From positions 195,866 through 259,865 of the forward strand of contig CAWAPY010000019.1 in the NCBI GenBank assembly GCA_963784055.1: a stretch of DNA of 64,000 nucleotides, read 5' to 3'. Below the pieces are notes generated by a model. The model saw only the letters and a program-made list of their open reading frames with translations, had not been told where the DNA came from and made no database searches. The position numbers were made by a program, and so were the translations under genes. The first letter of the stretch is position 1. Every line of letters starts with the position of its first letter. The stretch comes from an uncultured Actinomycetota bacterium (GTDB taxonomy: Bacteria; Actinomycetota; UBA4738; HRBIN12). Positions 13,854-25,860 of this stretch are shown piece after piece.

Positions 13854-14955
13854 TCAGGCGTCGGCGCCGGCCGTGGCGGGCGAATCACCCGAGAGGGCGG
13901 CGAAGATCATGCGCCCGGTGGTCGTCTGGATCACGTTCGTGACCCGGACCTCGACCTGGGAGCCGATCCGGGTCGCGGCCTGCTCGACGACGACCATCGT
14001 GCCGTCGTCGAGGTAGGCGACGGCCTGACCGTGCTCGCGCCCTTCCTTGACGACGCGGACGGCGAGCTCGTCGCCGGCCGTATAGGGAACTCGGAAGCGC
14101 GAGGCCAGCGCGTTGATCTGCGCCACCGGCACCCGGAGCGCCTCGGCGACCTTCGCGAGGTTGTGATCGACGGTGATCAGCTGGGCGCCGCGCTCCCGGG
14201 CCAGCCGCACGAGCGCGGCATCGACGTCCATCACCCCGAGCTCCTCCACGAGCTGGAACTGCAGGGTCGGCGCCTTCTGGAGCTCCACGAGCATGTCGAG
14301 CCCACGGCGGCCGCGCGTTCGACGATGGGGGTCCGAGGAATCGGAGATGGCTTGGAGCTCGCGGAGCACGCCCTCGTGCAACAGGACCGTCCCGGCCACG
14401 AACCCCGTGGCCACGAGGTCGGCGACCCGGCCGTCGATCAAGGCGCTCGTATCGAGCACGTGCAGATCGCCTCTCGTGACGCCGGCGGCCCGCGGCTTGA
14501 CGCCGACGAGGCTGAAGATGTCCTCGTACTTGGCCTGACCCAGCCGGTAGCCGAGCGTCCCGAAGGCGAGGTAGAGGAACACGATGGCCGGCCACGACGG
14601 CGGAGGCGGGCAGGAACACGAGGGGGATCATCATCAGCCCGGCTACCAGCAGCCCCACGATCAGTCCGACCACGCCGCCGGCGAGGACCGCGGGTGGCTT
14701 CTTGCCCAGCTCGGACTCGAGGCCATGGACCGCACGGAGGGTGAGGCGTCCGAAGACGCCGCCGATCACGTAGCCCACGCCGGCTCCGAGGAAGACGAAC
14801 AGGAGGGCACGGCTCGTGCTGGTGGTACGGGAGGCCTCGCCGAGCCGAGCACCGACGGTGGCGCTGAGCGCGACGAAGATCATCCGCACGCCCCCGGCCA
14901 CGCGGCCGCGGAGGGCGTCGCCCCGCCCGTGCTCGTTTTCCGTCACGATGCTCAC
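13854..14955 (-). pseudogene. Membrane-anchored PIN + TRAM domain protein, one frame change near 14585
   Basis: The TM-rich N-terminus is in frame 13885..14955. The PIN part (HVLDTSALIDGRV...LITVDHNL) and TRAM part (GDELAVRVVKEGREHGQAVAYLDDGTMVVVE) are in frame 13854..14582. Confidence 0.8.
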
Positions 14956-15062
14956 CCCGCCTCGGGAAGCCCGATCGAGGCCATCCGGCCCCTCACAGGG
15001 TCATCGGCGCGTCCGGCACCGCTCCTGAGCCGAGCGGCCGGGTCAGAGGGTGAGGTTCGGGG

Positions 15063-15579
15063 TCAGGCCTCGGCGGCCATCTTCACGCCGTGGGCCCCGT
15101 CGAGGACCTCGTCGATCATGAGCTCGGCATCTTCCTCGGTCTTGCCTGCCGCGTGGGACAGCTCCGAGATCGAGGATCTGCCGCGCCTTGTGGATCATGC
15201 GCTTCTCTCCGGCGGAGAGCCCCTTCTCGCGGTCCCTGATCGAGAGGTTGCGGAGCACCTCGGCGACCTCGAACGGGTCACCCGAGTGCAGCTTCTCGAG
15301 GTTGTTCTTGAAGCGCCTGCTCCAGTTGGCGGCGGAGATGGTCTCGGCCTCAGTGAGGACCTTGAGGATCTTCTTGACCTGGGGCTTGCTGATGACGGGC
15401 CGGAGTCCAACCTGCTCCGCCGAGTCGACCGGGACGGACAGCGTCAGGTCCCCGTACACGACCCGGAGGACCAGGTACTTCCGCTTCTCGCCGAGGAACT
15501 CCTTGTCCTTCAGTTCTTCGATGACGGCCGCCCCGTGCTCGGGGTGGACGACGGTGTCTCCTTTGCGGAACGCGGACAA
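15063..15579 (-). pseudogene. carD: CarD family transcriptional regulator, one extra base near 15171
   Basis: MSAFRKGDTVVHPEHGAAVIEELKDKEFLGEKRKYLVLRV... Deleting one base restores ARQIL-ISELSHAAGKTEEDAELMIDEVLDGAHGVKMAAEA and a stop at 15063. Confidence 0.9.
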
Positions 15580-15736
15580 GTGGGTCTCCCTTCACGAGAG
15601 GTGCGTCCGGCCGGAGCCTGGCCGGGCGAGGATAGAAGGGTAACACGGAACGTCCTTCTCCCGCAACCCAAAACCGCAGGTCAGAGGCACTTTCATCCAT
15701 CATCCCTGGAGTTGGACGGACCGATCGCTTGACCGT

Positions 15737-17110
15737 TCAGGAAGCTCGTCGCCGTGTTGCCGCTGCATCGTCGTGCGTCCACGACAGCGCCTCCGATACG
15801 TGACGCACGGGGATCAGGAGCGGGTGCCGCTGCGTCTCGGGACCGGGCGCCGCGAAGACATGTGCGCAGCCTGACGCCTCGGCCGCGGCGAGCCGCTGCG
15901 GCATGCCGGAGACGTGCCGCACGAGCCCCGTCAGCGAGACCTCCCCCACGAACGCGGCACCTTCGGGCGCAGGTACCCCCGTCACCGCCGATGCGAGGGC
16001 GGCGGCGACGGCGAGGTCGGCGGCCGGATCATCGACCCGGAGCCCACCCGCCGACGCCCCGAACAGCTCGGCCCGGCCGAGCCGGTAGCCGGCCGCCCGA
16101 GCGAGCACGGCTGCCATCAGCTGGAAGCGCCGGGCGTCCAGACCCGTCGTCTGACGCCGGGCCGGCCCATCGACCGACCCCATCAGTGCCTGGACCTCGA
16201 CCGCGAGGGCCCGCCGGCCCGCCATCGGGAGCGCGATGGCCGCGCCGGGGACGCCGGATCCCTCGAGCAGCAGGCCCGAGGGATCGATCTCATGGAGGCC
16301 GTCAGGGGCCATCTCGAACCACGCGGACTCGCCCTCGGCGCCGAAGCGGTTCTTCCCGCCGGAGAGCACGCGCGAGCCGGACCGTGCGTCGCCCTCGAAC
16401 AGGAGCACGACGTCGACCGCGTGCTCGAGCGCACGAGGCCCGGCGAGGTCGCCGTCTTTGGTGACGTGGCCGGTCATGACGACCGCGATCCCCTCCTCCT
16501 TGGCCATGCCGACGAGCGCGTCCGTGCAGTTCCGCACCTGCGCCACGCCGCCCGGCATCTGGGACGCGGACGGATCGCGGACCGATTGGATCGAATCCAC
16601 CGCGAGGAGGAACGGGCGACGCTCCCGGGCGGTCGCCAGCACGGTCATGAGGTCACGGCCCGGGGCGAAGGCGACCGCGTCCCCCGCCACGCCGAGCCGG
16701 CGCGACCGGGCGGCGACCTGGCCATGGGACTCCTCGCCGGACACGAGGAGGCATTCGCGGTCGTCCGCGGCGAGGCGCGAGAGGAGCTGGAGCAGCAGCG
16801 TGGACTTCCCGATCCCGGGCTCCCCCGCGAGAAGGATCACCGAGGCGGGGACCAGTCCGCCGCCGAGCACCCGGTCGAGACCCGGGATCCGGGTAGACAC
16901 GCGGGGTTCGAGGGAGGCCGTGCCTCCTCCGAGCATGAGGACCGGCCCACCGGGCCCTGCCGCACCTCCGACGGCGCTCTCGATCGTGCCCCACGCCGCG
17001 CACCCGGGGCACCGACCGACCCACTGCGCAACCTGCTGCCGGCACTCCGAGCACGCGAAGAACGTCCGGGGCCGTGGCATGGTGCGGACGCTAGCCGAGG
17101 GGTCTGACAC
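15737..17110 (-). CDS. radA: DNA repair protein RadA/Sms
   Basis: Zn-ribbon CSECRQQVAQWVGRCPGC, Walker A GEPGIGKST, KNRFG motif, Lon-like C-terminus. The true start may be the MPRPRTFFAC codon at ~17080. Confidence 0.93.
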   Translation of the reverse strand: MSDPSASVRTMPRPRTFFACSECRQQVAQWVGRCPGCAAWGTIESAVGGAAGPGGPVLMLGGGTASLEPRVSTRIPGLDRVLGGGLVPASVILLAGEPGIGKSTLLLQLLSRLAADDRECLLVSGEESHGQVAARSRRLGVAGDAVAFAPGRDLMTVLATARERRPFLLAVDSIQSVRDPSASQMPGGVAQVRNCTDALVGMAKEEGIAVVMTGHVTKDGDLAGPRALEHAVDVVLLFEGDARSGSRVLSGGKNRFGAEGESAWFEMAPDGLHEIDPSGLLLEGSGVPGAAIALPMAGRRALAVEVQALMGSVDGPARRQTTGLDARRFQLMAAVLARAAGYRLGRAELFGASAGGLRVDDPAADLAVAAALASAVTGVPAPEGAAFVGEVSLTGLVRHVSGMPQRLAAAEASGCAHVFAAPGPETQRHPLLIPVRHVSEALSWTHDDAAATRRRAS

Positions 17111-17224
17111 CCCCGTCGGAGCGGTGTCGGAGTCGGCGGCTACCTTCCTCTGATTAGGACCATCGGCCCGGATCCGCGGCCGGCGGTGTGAGATCTGACC
17201 CCGCAGCTACGAGTTGCGTCAGAC

Positions 17225-17659
17225 ATGCCGATAGATGGTGTGACGACGCCGAAAGACGACGAAGGAGGCACGGTCGTGGAGGTCGTTCCGATCGACGGCG
17301 GAGACGCCGGATGGGACCAGGATCCCGACGGGCCTGCGCTCGGTCCGGCCGAGAGGCTCGCCGAGTCGGTCGAGGACCCCACCGACCCGCCCGAGTTCCC
17401 CCTCGTCCTCGTGACGTGGCGTGACGCGTGGTTCGACTTCGAGGAGCCGGACCCCGAGGACGTCCGGGCCGACTACCTCGTCAACACCGTCGGCTACCTG
17501 GTGCGGAGGGGCCCACGCTTCGTATCGGTCGCCCAGGAGATCCTTCCCGACGGCGACGGGTTCCGTGCGGTGACGCACATCCCCGTCGCGGTCGTCGAGA
17601 CCATCGCATCGCTGCACGGCTCCGAAGGGGTCGGGATGGACGACGCTCTGGCCCTGTGA
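17225..17659 (+). CDS. Hypothetical protein with acidic N-terminus
   Basis: 144-aa ORF with good GC3 bias: ...PLVLVTWRDAWFDFEEPDPEDVRADYLVNTVGYLVRRGPRFVSVAQEILPDG... No family recognised. Confidence 0.5.
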   Translation: MPIDGVTTPKDDEGGTVVEVVPIDGGDAGWDQDPDGPALGPAERLAESVEDPTDPPEFPLVLVTWRDAWFDFEEPDPEDVRADYLVNTVGYLVRRGPRFVSVAQEILPDGDGFRAVTHIPVAVVETIASLHGSEGVGMDDALAL

Positions 17660-17883
17660 GGGCGTATACTCGGCCGGCTCGGTGCGATCGACGCGCCGAC
17701 CATGTGCCGATCACCTGAAGGAGGGATGCGACATGACTGCCCACACGGTCACCGTCAGCGCGCAGCGTCCCTCCATCTCCCGCTGAGCCGCTCGGCTCCC
17801 ACGCGGTAGCTCCCGAAGGACGCGGCGTCGCCCATGTCCGCATCTCTGCGAACGCCGACATCCCGACGAAGGGGGCACCCGCG

Positions 17884-18660
17884 TTGCATGACGAAGTCTT
17901 CGAGCACTTCCTCGACGAAGGGCTCATCGAACGGGTCATCAGGCCCATCAAGAGTGGCAAGGAAGCGAGCGTGCACCTCGTGCGCGCGAACCCGCGCACG
18001 ACCGGCGAAGAGCTGGCGGCGCTGAAGATCTACCACCCGCTCGATCGTCGCGACTTCCGAGACGAGTCGCTCTACCGCGACGGCGAGTTCATCAAGGAAC
18101 GGCGGATCCGTGTCGCGCTGGAGAAGAAGACGCGGTTCGGTCGTGAAGTCCAAGGCGGGATCTGGGTCGGCCGCGAGTGGGAGACCCTGCGTGCGCTGTT
18201 CGCCGCGGGCGCTCCCGTCCCCCGGCCGATCGAGGCCACCGACCACGCGATCCTCATGTCGTACATCGGTGACGAGGACGACGCCGCGCCGCAGCTCCAC
18301 CGCTATCGGCCCTCCGATCGGGGGGAGATCGAGGACCTGCTCGAGCAGTGCATCCGCGTCGTGGAGCGGATGCTGTTCCACGACGTGGTCCACGGGGACC
18401 TCTCCCCGTTCAACATCCTCGTCTGGGACGGGCGGGTCTGCGTGATCGACCTCCCGCAGGCCGTCGATCCGAAGAAGAACCGTCATGCCGCGGCCCTCCT
18501 CACGCGTGACGTGGAGCGCGTGTGCGCCCACTTCGACCGGCTGGGCGTCTCCCGCGACGCCGCGCGGGTCGCCGAGGATCTGTGGACCGCGTGGACGTTC
18601 GCCGACCTGATCCCGGAGGAGCTCCGGGCCACGTTGGAGGTGGGTCCGTCCTCGGCATGA
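17884..18660 (+). CDS. RIO-type serine protein kinase/ATPase
   Basis: 258 aa (TTG start): IKSGKEASVHLV...ALKIY...EWETLRALFAAGAPVPRP...ILMSYIGD...VVHGDLSPFNILVWDGRVCVIDLPQAV, the RIO1 catalytic signature. Confidence 0.85.
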   Translation: MHDEVFEHFLDEGLIERVIRPIKSGKEASVHLVRANPRTTGEELAALKIYHPLDRRDFRDESLYRDGEFIKERRIRVALEKKTRFGREVQGGIWVGREWETLRALFAAGAPVPRPIEATDHAILMSYIGDEDDAAPQLHRYRPSDRGEIEDLLEQCIRVVERMLFHDVVHGDLSPFNILVWDGRVCVIDLPQAVDPKKNRHAAALLTRDVERVCAHFDRLGVSRDAARVAEDLWTAWTFADLIPEELRATLEVGPSSA

Positions 18661-18804
18661 CCTCAGCGGTGTGACGAACGTCACACGTCGTTCGTACTTC
18701 CGTCGCAGCGGAACCGAGCCACGGCGTGTCTTGATGGCGTCGACGAACACGAGGGCGGTCACCAGATCCGTTCCCTCGAAGATCCGCGAGACGAGGAGGT
18801 CGCG

Positions 18805-19122
18805 ATGAGCGCCAAGGCACAGACCCTCGCAGCACCGGCACGACCGATCGCTTCGTACGTCCTGACGATCGTCCTGACCCTCGCGATCGGGGCGGCTGCA
18901 GGCAGCCTGATCACGCGAGCGGTCGCCTCCGATGCGCCGGCTGTGGCCGAGCAGGTCGCCGGGATCACGCCGTGGGATCAGCAGAAGCTCGACGCGATGA
19001 ACGGCCGGCAGCAGGCTGTCACCGCCGACGTGGACGGCCCCGGGATCGCGCCGTGGGACGAGGGCAAGCTGGACGCGGCGGACGGGCTGCAGGCTTCGGC
19101 GGCTCGCACGGGCACCAGCTAG
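18805..19122 (+). CDS. Small membrane-anchored protein with an internal duplicated motif
   Basis: 105 aa: TM helix IASYVLTIVLTLAIGAAAGSLI, then GITPWDQQKLDAMNGRQ and GIAPWDEGKLDAADGLQ. Confidence 0.5.
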   Translation: MSAKAQTLAAPARPIASYVLTIVLTLAIGAAAGSLITRAVASDAPAVAEQVAGITPWDQQKLDAMNGRQQAVTADVDGPGIAPWDEGKLDAADGLQASAARTGTS

Positions 19123-19195
19123 ACGTCGAGGCGGGTCCGGTCGGTCGCACCGCCGGCCCGGACCCGCATCGACCTCGGCATCTCCGAGGCGTACC

Positions 19196-19435
19196 GTGCG
19201 GAAGGTCCGGTGCGCTGAGGGGTTCGATGCAGCGAGATCGTCGTTTCGCGTGTCCCTAGAGGTGTGGTCTCCCGACGGGAGCCAGATCGCGTTCATCGTC
19301 TCTCAGCACGGGGAGTCCTACGTGCATGTGTTCGACCTCGTTACGGGCGAGGACCGGGAAGTCGGCCCCGGCGAATACATCGCCTGGGTCGGCGACGGCA
19401 CACTCCTGGTGCAGGAGTACCTCCCAGGACACTGA
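19196..19435 (+). pseudogene. Short PD40/TolB-like beta-propeller remnant
   Basis: Only ~60 residues look protein-like (EVWSPDGSQIAFIVSQHGESYVHVFDLVTGEDREVGPGEYIAWVGDGTLLV). No signal peptide or upstream continuation in any frame. Confidence 0.4.
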
Positions 19436-19695
19436 GGGACCGCGCTCCTCTTCGCTTCGATGCTCCGTGCGATCTTGGAACCCCCGATGCGCTCGATGCG
19501 CAGCGGCATCTGGGAAGGCGGACGCACCCGAGTACTCCGACCCGGATTCCGGATCAGCTGGGTAAGACGCGGATACGCTCCTCGTCCGGGACCGCCCGGC
19601 TCCGGACGGGTAGCCCGGCCCGGCCACACTCCGGTCGTCCTAAGCTGCACGCGTCGCTCGCGCATCCATGCTTCGTGCGAGCTGAGGGTGAGGTC

Positions 19696-20199
19696 GTGAG
19701 GTTCTCCTCGGAGCGCGTCGAAGCAGGGGCCCGCTTCGACGAGTTCTTCGAGGAGGAGCACGAACGCCTCTTCAAGGCCCTCTACTTCGTTACCGGGAAC
19801 CGACACGACGCCGAGGAGCTGATGCAGGACGCCTTCCTGCGGCTCTGGGAGCGGTGGGACACGATCGAACGGATCGATGATCCGACCGGGTATCTGTTCC
19901 GCGTCGCGCTGAACGGGTTCCGGATGCGCCGTCGCCGAGCGGCGACGGCGATCCGGAAGCTGGCCCCGGTCGTGGAGACCCGCGACGTGTTCCTCGACGC
20001 GGAGATGCGCGCCGACGTGCGCAGGCTCCTGCTCGAGCTCACGCCGCGGCAGCGGGCGGCCCTCCTGCTCGTGGACCTGCTTGGCTACCCGTCCGAGCAG
20101 GCGGCGCGCATCCTGCGCGTCCGGCCATCCACGGTCCGGGCCCTGGCGACCCAGGGGCGACATGCCCTCCGAACGACGGAAGGAGCGCGGGATGCCTGA
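19696..20199 (+). CDS. ECF-type RNA polymerase sigma-70 factor
   Basis: GTG start with GAGGGTGAGG upstream. Region 2 HDAEELMQDAFLRLWERW. Region 4 LTPRQRAALLLVDLLGYPSEQAARILRVRPSTVRALATQGRHAL. Confidence 0.88.
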   Translation: MRFSSERVEAGARFDEFFEEEHERLFKALYFVTGNRHDAEELMQDAFLRLWERWDTIERIDDPTGYLFRVALNGFRMRRRRAATAIRKLAPVVETRDVFLDAEMRADVRRLLLELTPRQRAALLLVDLLGYPSEQAARILRVRPSTVRALATQGRHALRTTEGARDA

Positions 20200-21228
20200 C
20201 GTGCAGGAGGTGTTCCGTATGGCCACGCAGAAGGTGCGCCCTGACGCCGGGGGCCCTTGAGCGACAGCTCGGCGGGACAACGTTCGCGGGCCACCAAGCG
20301 GAGGGTTGGCGCCTACGCCCTCGTCGCAGCCCTGGCATTGGTCGTCGCGTACCTCGCGATCCGAGCACTGCCGACGGACCGCGACCACACGGGCACGGAT
20401 CGACAACAGCCGCGGAACGCCTCACCCGGTCTGGTGATGGTGGATGCGTCGACAGGACGATCGAGGCAGATCGTCGGCGTCGAGCCCTACTCGCATCCCG
20501 ACGTCTCGTCGGATGGAGCGACGATCGCGTTCCACGCCGACGTCGACGGTCACAACCAGATCCACGTGATGGACGCGGACGGTAGGGACTTGCGCGCCGT
20601 GACAGATGCTCCGTTCGGGGCGGAGGACCCGGACTGGTCTCCCGATGGTCGCGCGATCGCATATCAGGCGCTGGTCGAGGCGGAGACGGGGTATGACATC
20701 TTCGTCGTCGACCTCGGCTCGGGGCGCACGCGGCAGCTCACCCGCGAGCGAGGCGACGCCTCCAACGCCTCCTGGTCGCCGGACGGGACCCGGATCCTCT
20801 ACACGGTGGGTCGGGGGAACGACACGCTCCTTCGGGTCGTGAACGTCGCGACCGGGAAGGTGACCCGGCTCACGGCCCGAGGCGAGTCCGCGGCCGAGGG
20901 ATCCTGGTCGCCCGACGGCACTACGATCGTGTACGCGCTCGACGCCGTCGGCGGTGGAGTCGCGGGGCCCGACGACGGACGACACGGGATCTGGCGCATG
21001 GACCCCGACGAATCCGAGCGGCGCGAAGTCGTCTCGAGCGAGGTGTCCCTGTTCCGCCCCGTGTACTCGCCGGATGGAACCAGGCTCGCCTACTTCGTCG
21101 AGGACGAGGACGGGTGCTGCGACACCTATCTGTTCGACGTCGGGACGGGGGGCGCCACGAAGCTGGCCGAGGGGCTCCTCTTCCCGACGTGGCTCGACAA
21201 CGACTCGCTCGTCGGAGTCACTCACTAG
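20192..21228 (+). pseudogene. Membrane-anchored PD40 (TolB-like) beta-propeller protein, frame change near 20245-20260
   Basis: The ATG overlaps the sigma stop (MPDVQEVFRMATQKVRPDAG...). The TM helix VGAYALVAALALVVAYLAI is followed by repeated SxDG motifs (SSDGATIAF, WSPDGRAIAY, WSPDGTRILY, WSPDGTTIVY, YSPDGTRLAY). Confidence 0.8.
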
Positions 21229-21249
21229 TCGATCGGAAGGAGAAGATCG

Positions 21250-21840
21250 ATGCAACTGGTCCGTACCTTCGCTGCCATCTCACTCGCGCTGGCCGCGGTT
21301 CTGTCCGCGACCCCGGCGCGAGCGGGTGGGCGCGTGGACCTAGATGACCTGGTGCCGTCGCCCCCGCCAAGCGCCGATTGCGGACTCGACGGGAACTGGG
21401 TGATCTGTCACACGGCCGTCGTCCACGAGCCCGTGGACGAGCCGATCATCGAGCTCCCCTGCGGCACCGTCTACGAGACCGCGATCGATGCTCGACGCGG
21501 GACCCGGTGGTACGACGCCGGGTCCGGCGTGATGCAGAAGCGGTTCGTCGCGCAGGACCTCGATGGGATGTGGAGCCTCTCGCCGACGGGCCGCGGTGAG
21601 ACAGTCGCGATCACGGCCCACGCGACCTACTGGAACATCGGGCCTTTCGCGGACCCCGAGGATCCCCGATTCCTGGCCGGTTGCCCAGCACGGCGTCGGC
21701 ATCACGCTCCAGGCACACGGCGTCGGCGTGATCAGCTGCAAACACCGGTTCCCGACATCGACGACCCGGCGCACGGGCTCGCCGAGCTCGTGCAGATGCC
21801 CTCGACCGCGAGCGCGTTGTGCGAGGTGCTTCAAGGCTGA
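21250..21840 (+). pseudogene. Secreted hypothetical protein, probably two frame changes near 21660-21760
   Basis: Signal peptide MQLVRTFAAISLALAAVLSATPARA and a Cys-containing mature part. The middle reads better in frame 21563..21877 (SWPVAQHGVGITLQAHGVGVISCKHR). Confidence 0.45.
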
Positions 21841-21998
21841 TCGGCCCAGCGGAACATGCCGCAGCGGCGCTCCCTAACAGACGGCTATCGAAATCGGGAG
21901 GCGAACCACCCGGGTGCCGAGAAGCCCGGTTCCCGAACGGGGACCGGGCTTCGGCCTTCCCGACGCGCCGTGGGCGCGCCGGCTGACGCGGGTTCGAC

Positions 21999-24489
<2,491 letters not shown>

Positions 24490-24915
24490 GCGCTACATCC
24501 CTCCAGGCGGCGACCCGTCCGTCCGGCCCCGAGGATCTTCGGACTCCGTCCTACCCCCGAGGTGCATGAGGCGCCGCTCCCTTCCGGTGGCAGCGCCTCT
24601 CTGCACGCAGTATACCCAGCGCCCCCGATACGCCAGCACGCCGCCCAACTTCCACTCCGTTCACTCGGGGGCCGGATCTCGTCCTGATCCAACTCTCATC
24701 TGAGTCTTCGGAAGAACCGAGCCCGGGGATGAGTCCCGACGATCTTTCCGAGGGGTGAGACGCGGCATAGACCTTTCGGACCAGAAGGACCACCCGGAAG
24801 GCCGTTGGCATCGCGAGGCTCCGGCTGTCAGCATCGTGGTGATGCTCCTCGTGTCCCCCACATGAGAGCCCTCCCCAGCGTTCCGGAGGTCCGGCCTTCC
24901 CCATGCCCGAGCACC

Positions 24916-25302
24916 ATGGAGAAAGAGAGCGAGACAGTGCGCGTGCTCGTCGTCGATGATCACCCCGCGTTCCGGAAGGCCCTCGCAACCGCCCTGCAAC
25001 TCGTCGGCGATATCGAGATCGCGGGGGAGGCCTCGGGCGGCGAAGACGCATGCGTCGGAGCGAAGGAGCTGCAGCCCGACGTCGTCCTGATGGATCTCTC
25101 GATGCCCGACATCTCCGGCATCGAGGCGATGCAGCGGATCCATTCCTTCACGCCGGAGCTCCCCGTCGTGATCCTCACCGCCCATGCGGACGAGGGCGTC
25201 GAGCGAGCGGCCCGTGGGGCGGGCGCCTCGGGGTTCGTCGCGAAGGGACGAGGGCTCCAGGACATCCTCCGAGCGCTGCACGAGGTGACGGCCGCGAGCT
25301 GA
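24916..25302 (+). CDS. Receiver-only response regulator (NarL-type receiver without HTH)
   Basis: MEKESETVRVLVVDDHPAFRKAL...DVVLMDLSMPDISGIEA...VVILTAHAD... Stops at 25302 with no DNA-binding domain. Confidence 0.8.
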   Translation: MEKESETVRVLVVDDHPAFRKALATALQLVGDIEIAGEASGGEDACVGAKELQPDVVLMDLSMPDISGIEAMQRIHSFTPELPVVILTAHADEGVERAARGAGASGFVAKGRGLQDILRALHEVTAAS

Positions 25303-25324
25303 GCCCCGCGATAGGGTCCCCCGC

Positions 25325-25612
25325 GTGGGATGCCTCATCGTCCTGTTCGTCCTCCTCCTGCCTCGGACGATCATGGTCGTCCTGTGGCTCTTCTCCAGCT
25401 ACCTCTCGACCGCGTTCGGCTCGTGGGTGTGGCCGCTGATCGGCTTCTTCGTGCTCCCGACGACCACGCTCGCCTACGCCGTCGCGCAGAACCGCTACGG
25501 GGGCGTGCGTGGTGTCGGGCTCGTCCTGGTGATCCTCGGCGTCCTGGTGGATCTCGGCGCGCTCGGGGGCGGCGGCAGGGGCGCGGGGAAACGCTGGTCC
25601 GGAGATCGCTGA
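25325..25612 (+). CDS. Small integral membrane protein
   Basis: 95 aa, three hydrophobic segments (LIVLFVLLLPRTIMVVLWLF, WVWPLIGFFVLPTTTLAYAV, VGLVLVILGVLVDLGAL). GTG start. Confidence 0.5.
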   Translation: MGCLIVLFVLLLPRTIMVVLWLFSSYLSTAFGSWVWPLIGFFVLPTTTLAYAVAQNRYGGVRGVGLVLVILGVLVDLGALGGGGRGAGKRWSGDR

Positions 25613-25625
25613 GTCCCGAACGGAA

Positions 25626-25658
25626 GGGGGCCGGCTCGCCTTCGGCGAGCCGGCCCCC
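25626..25658. terminator. Strong bidirectional hairpin between convergent genes
   Basis: gggggccggctcgcc-ttc-ggcgagccggccccc, a 14-15 bp perfect stem just after the 25612 stop and ~200 nt past the lysS stop. Confidence 0.7.
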
Positions 25659-25860
25659 ACGGATGCCCCGGGTGCGTCGGGGCCACCCCCTGTTTCCCCA
25701 GACGCGCCTCGCCGATCGCTCGACGCTGCGCTTCCGGGCCATCCGGGTCGTTCGTGACCCACCCGAACGTATCCACGCACGTGCGCGAGGGATGTAACGC
25801 AGGTGACAACCGGGGCGTGCTGTTCGTCACCGCCCGATGGTGACGTAGGTCACGTTCGGG

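Noticed and set aside
15160-15176. Programmed ribosomal frameshifting as an explanation for the frame changes (carD, acs, clpC and others)
   Set aside because: I saw no slippery heptamer or downstream structure at the sites I reconstructed. The changes occur in dozens of unrelated genes, often several per gene, and in genes never known to use recoding. Sequencing or assembly indels explain them better.
24490-24915. Riboswitch or ClgR operator in the long clpC leader / divergent intergenic region
   Set aside because: I found only a plausible TATACT -10 element and a modest imperfect hairpin (24568-24599). I found no CGC-N5-GCG ClgR-type box or recognisable riboswitch core.
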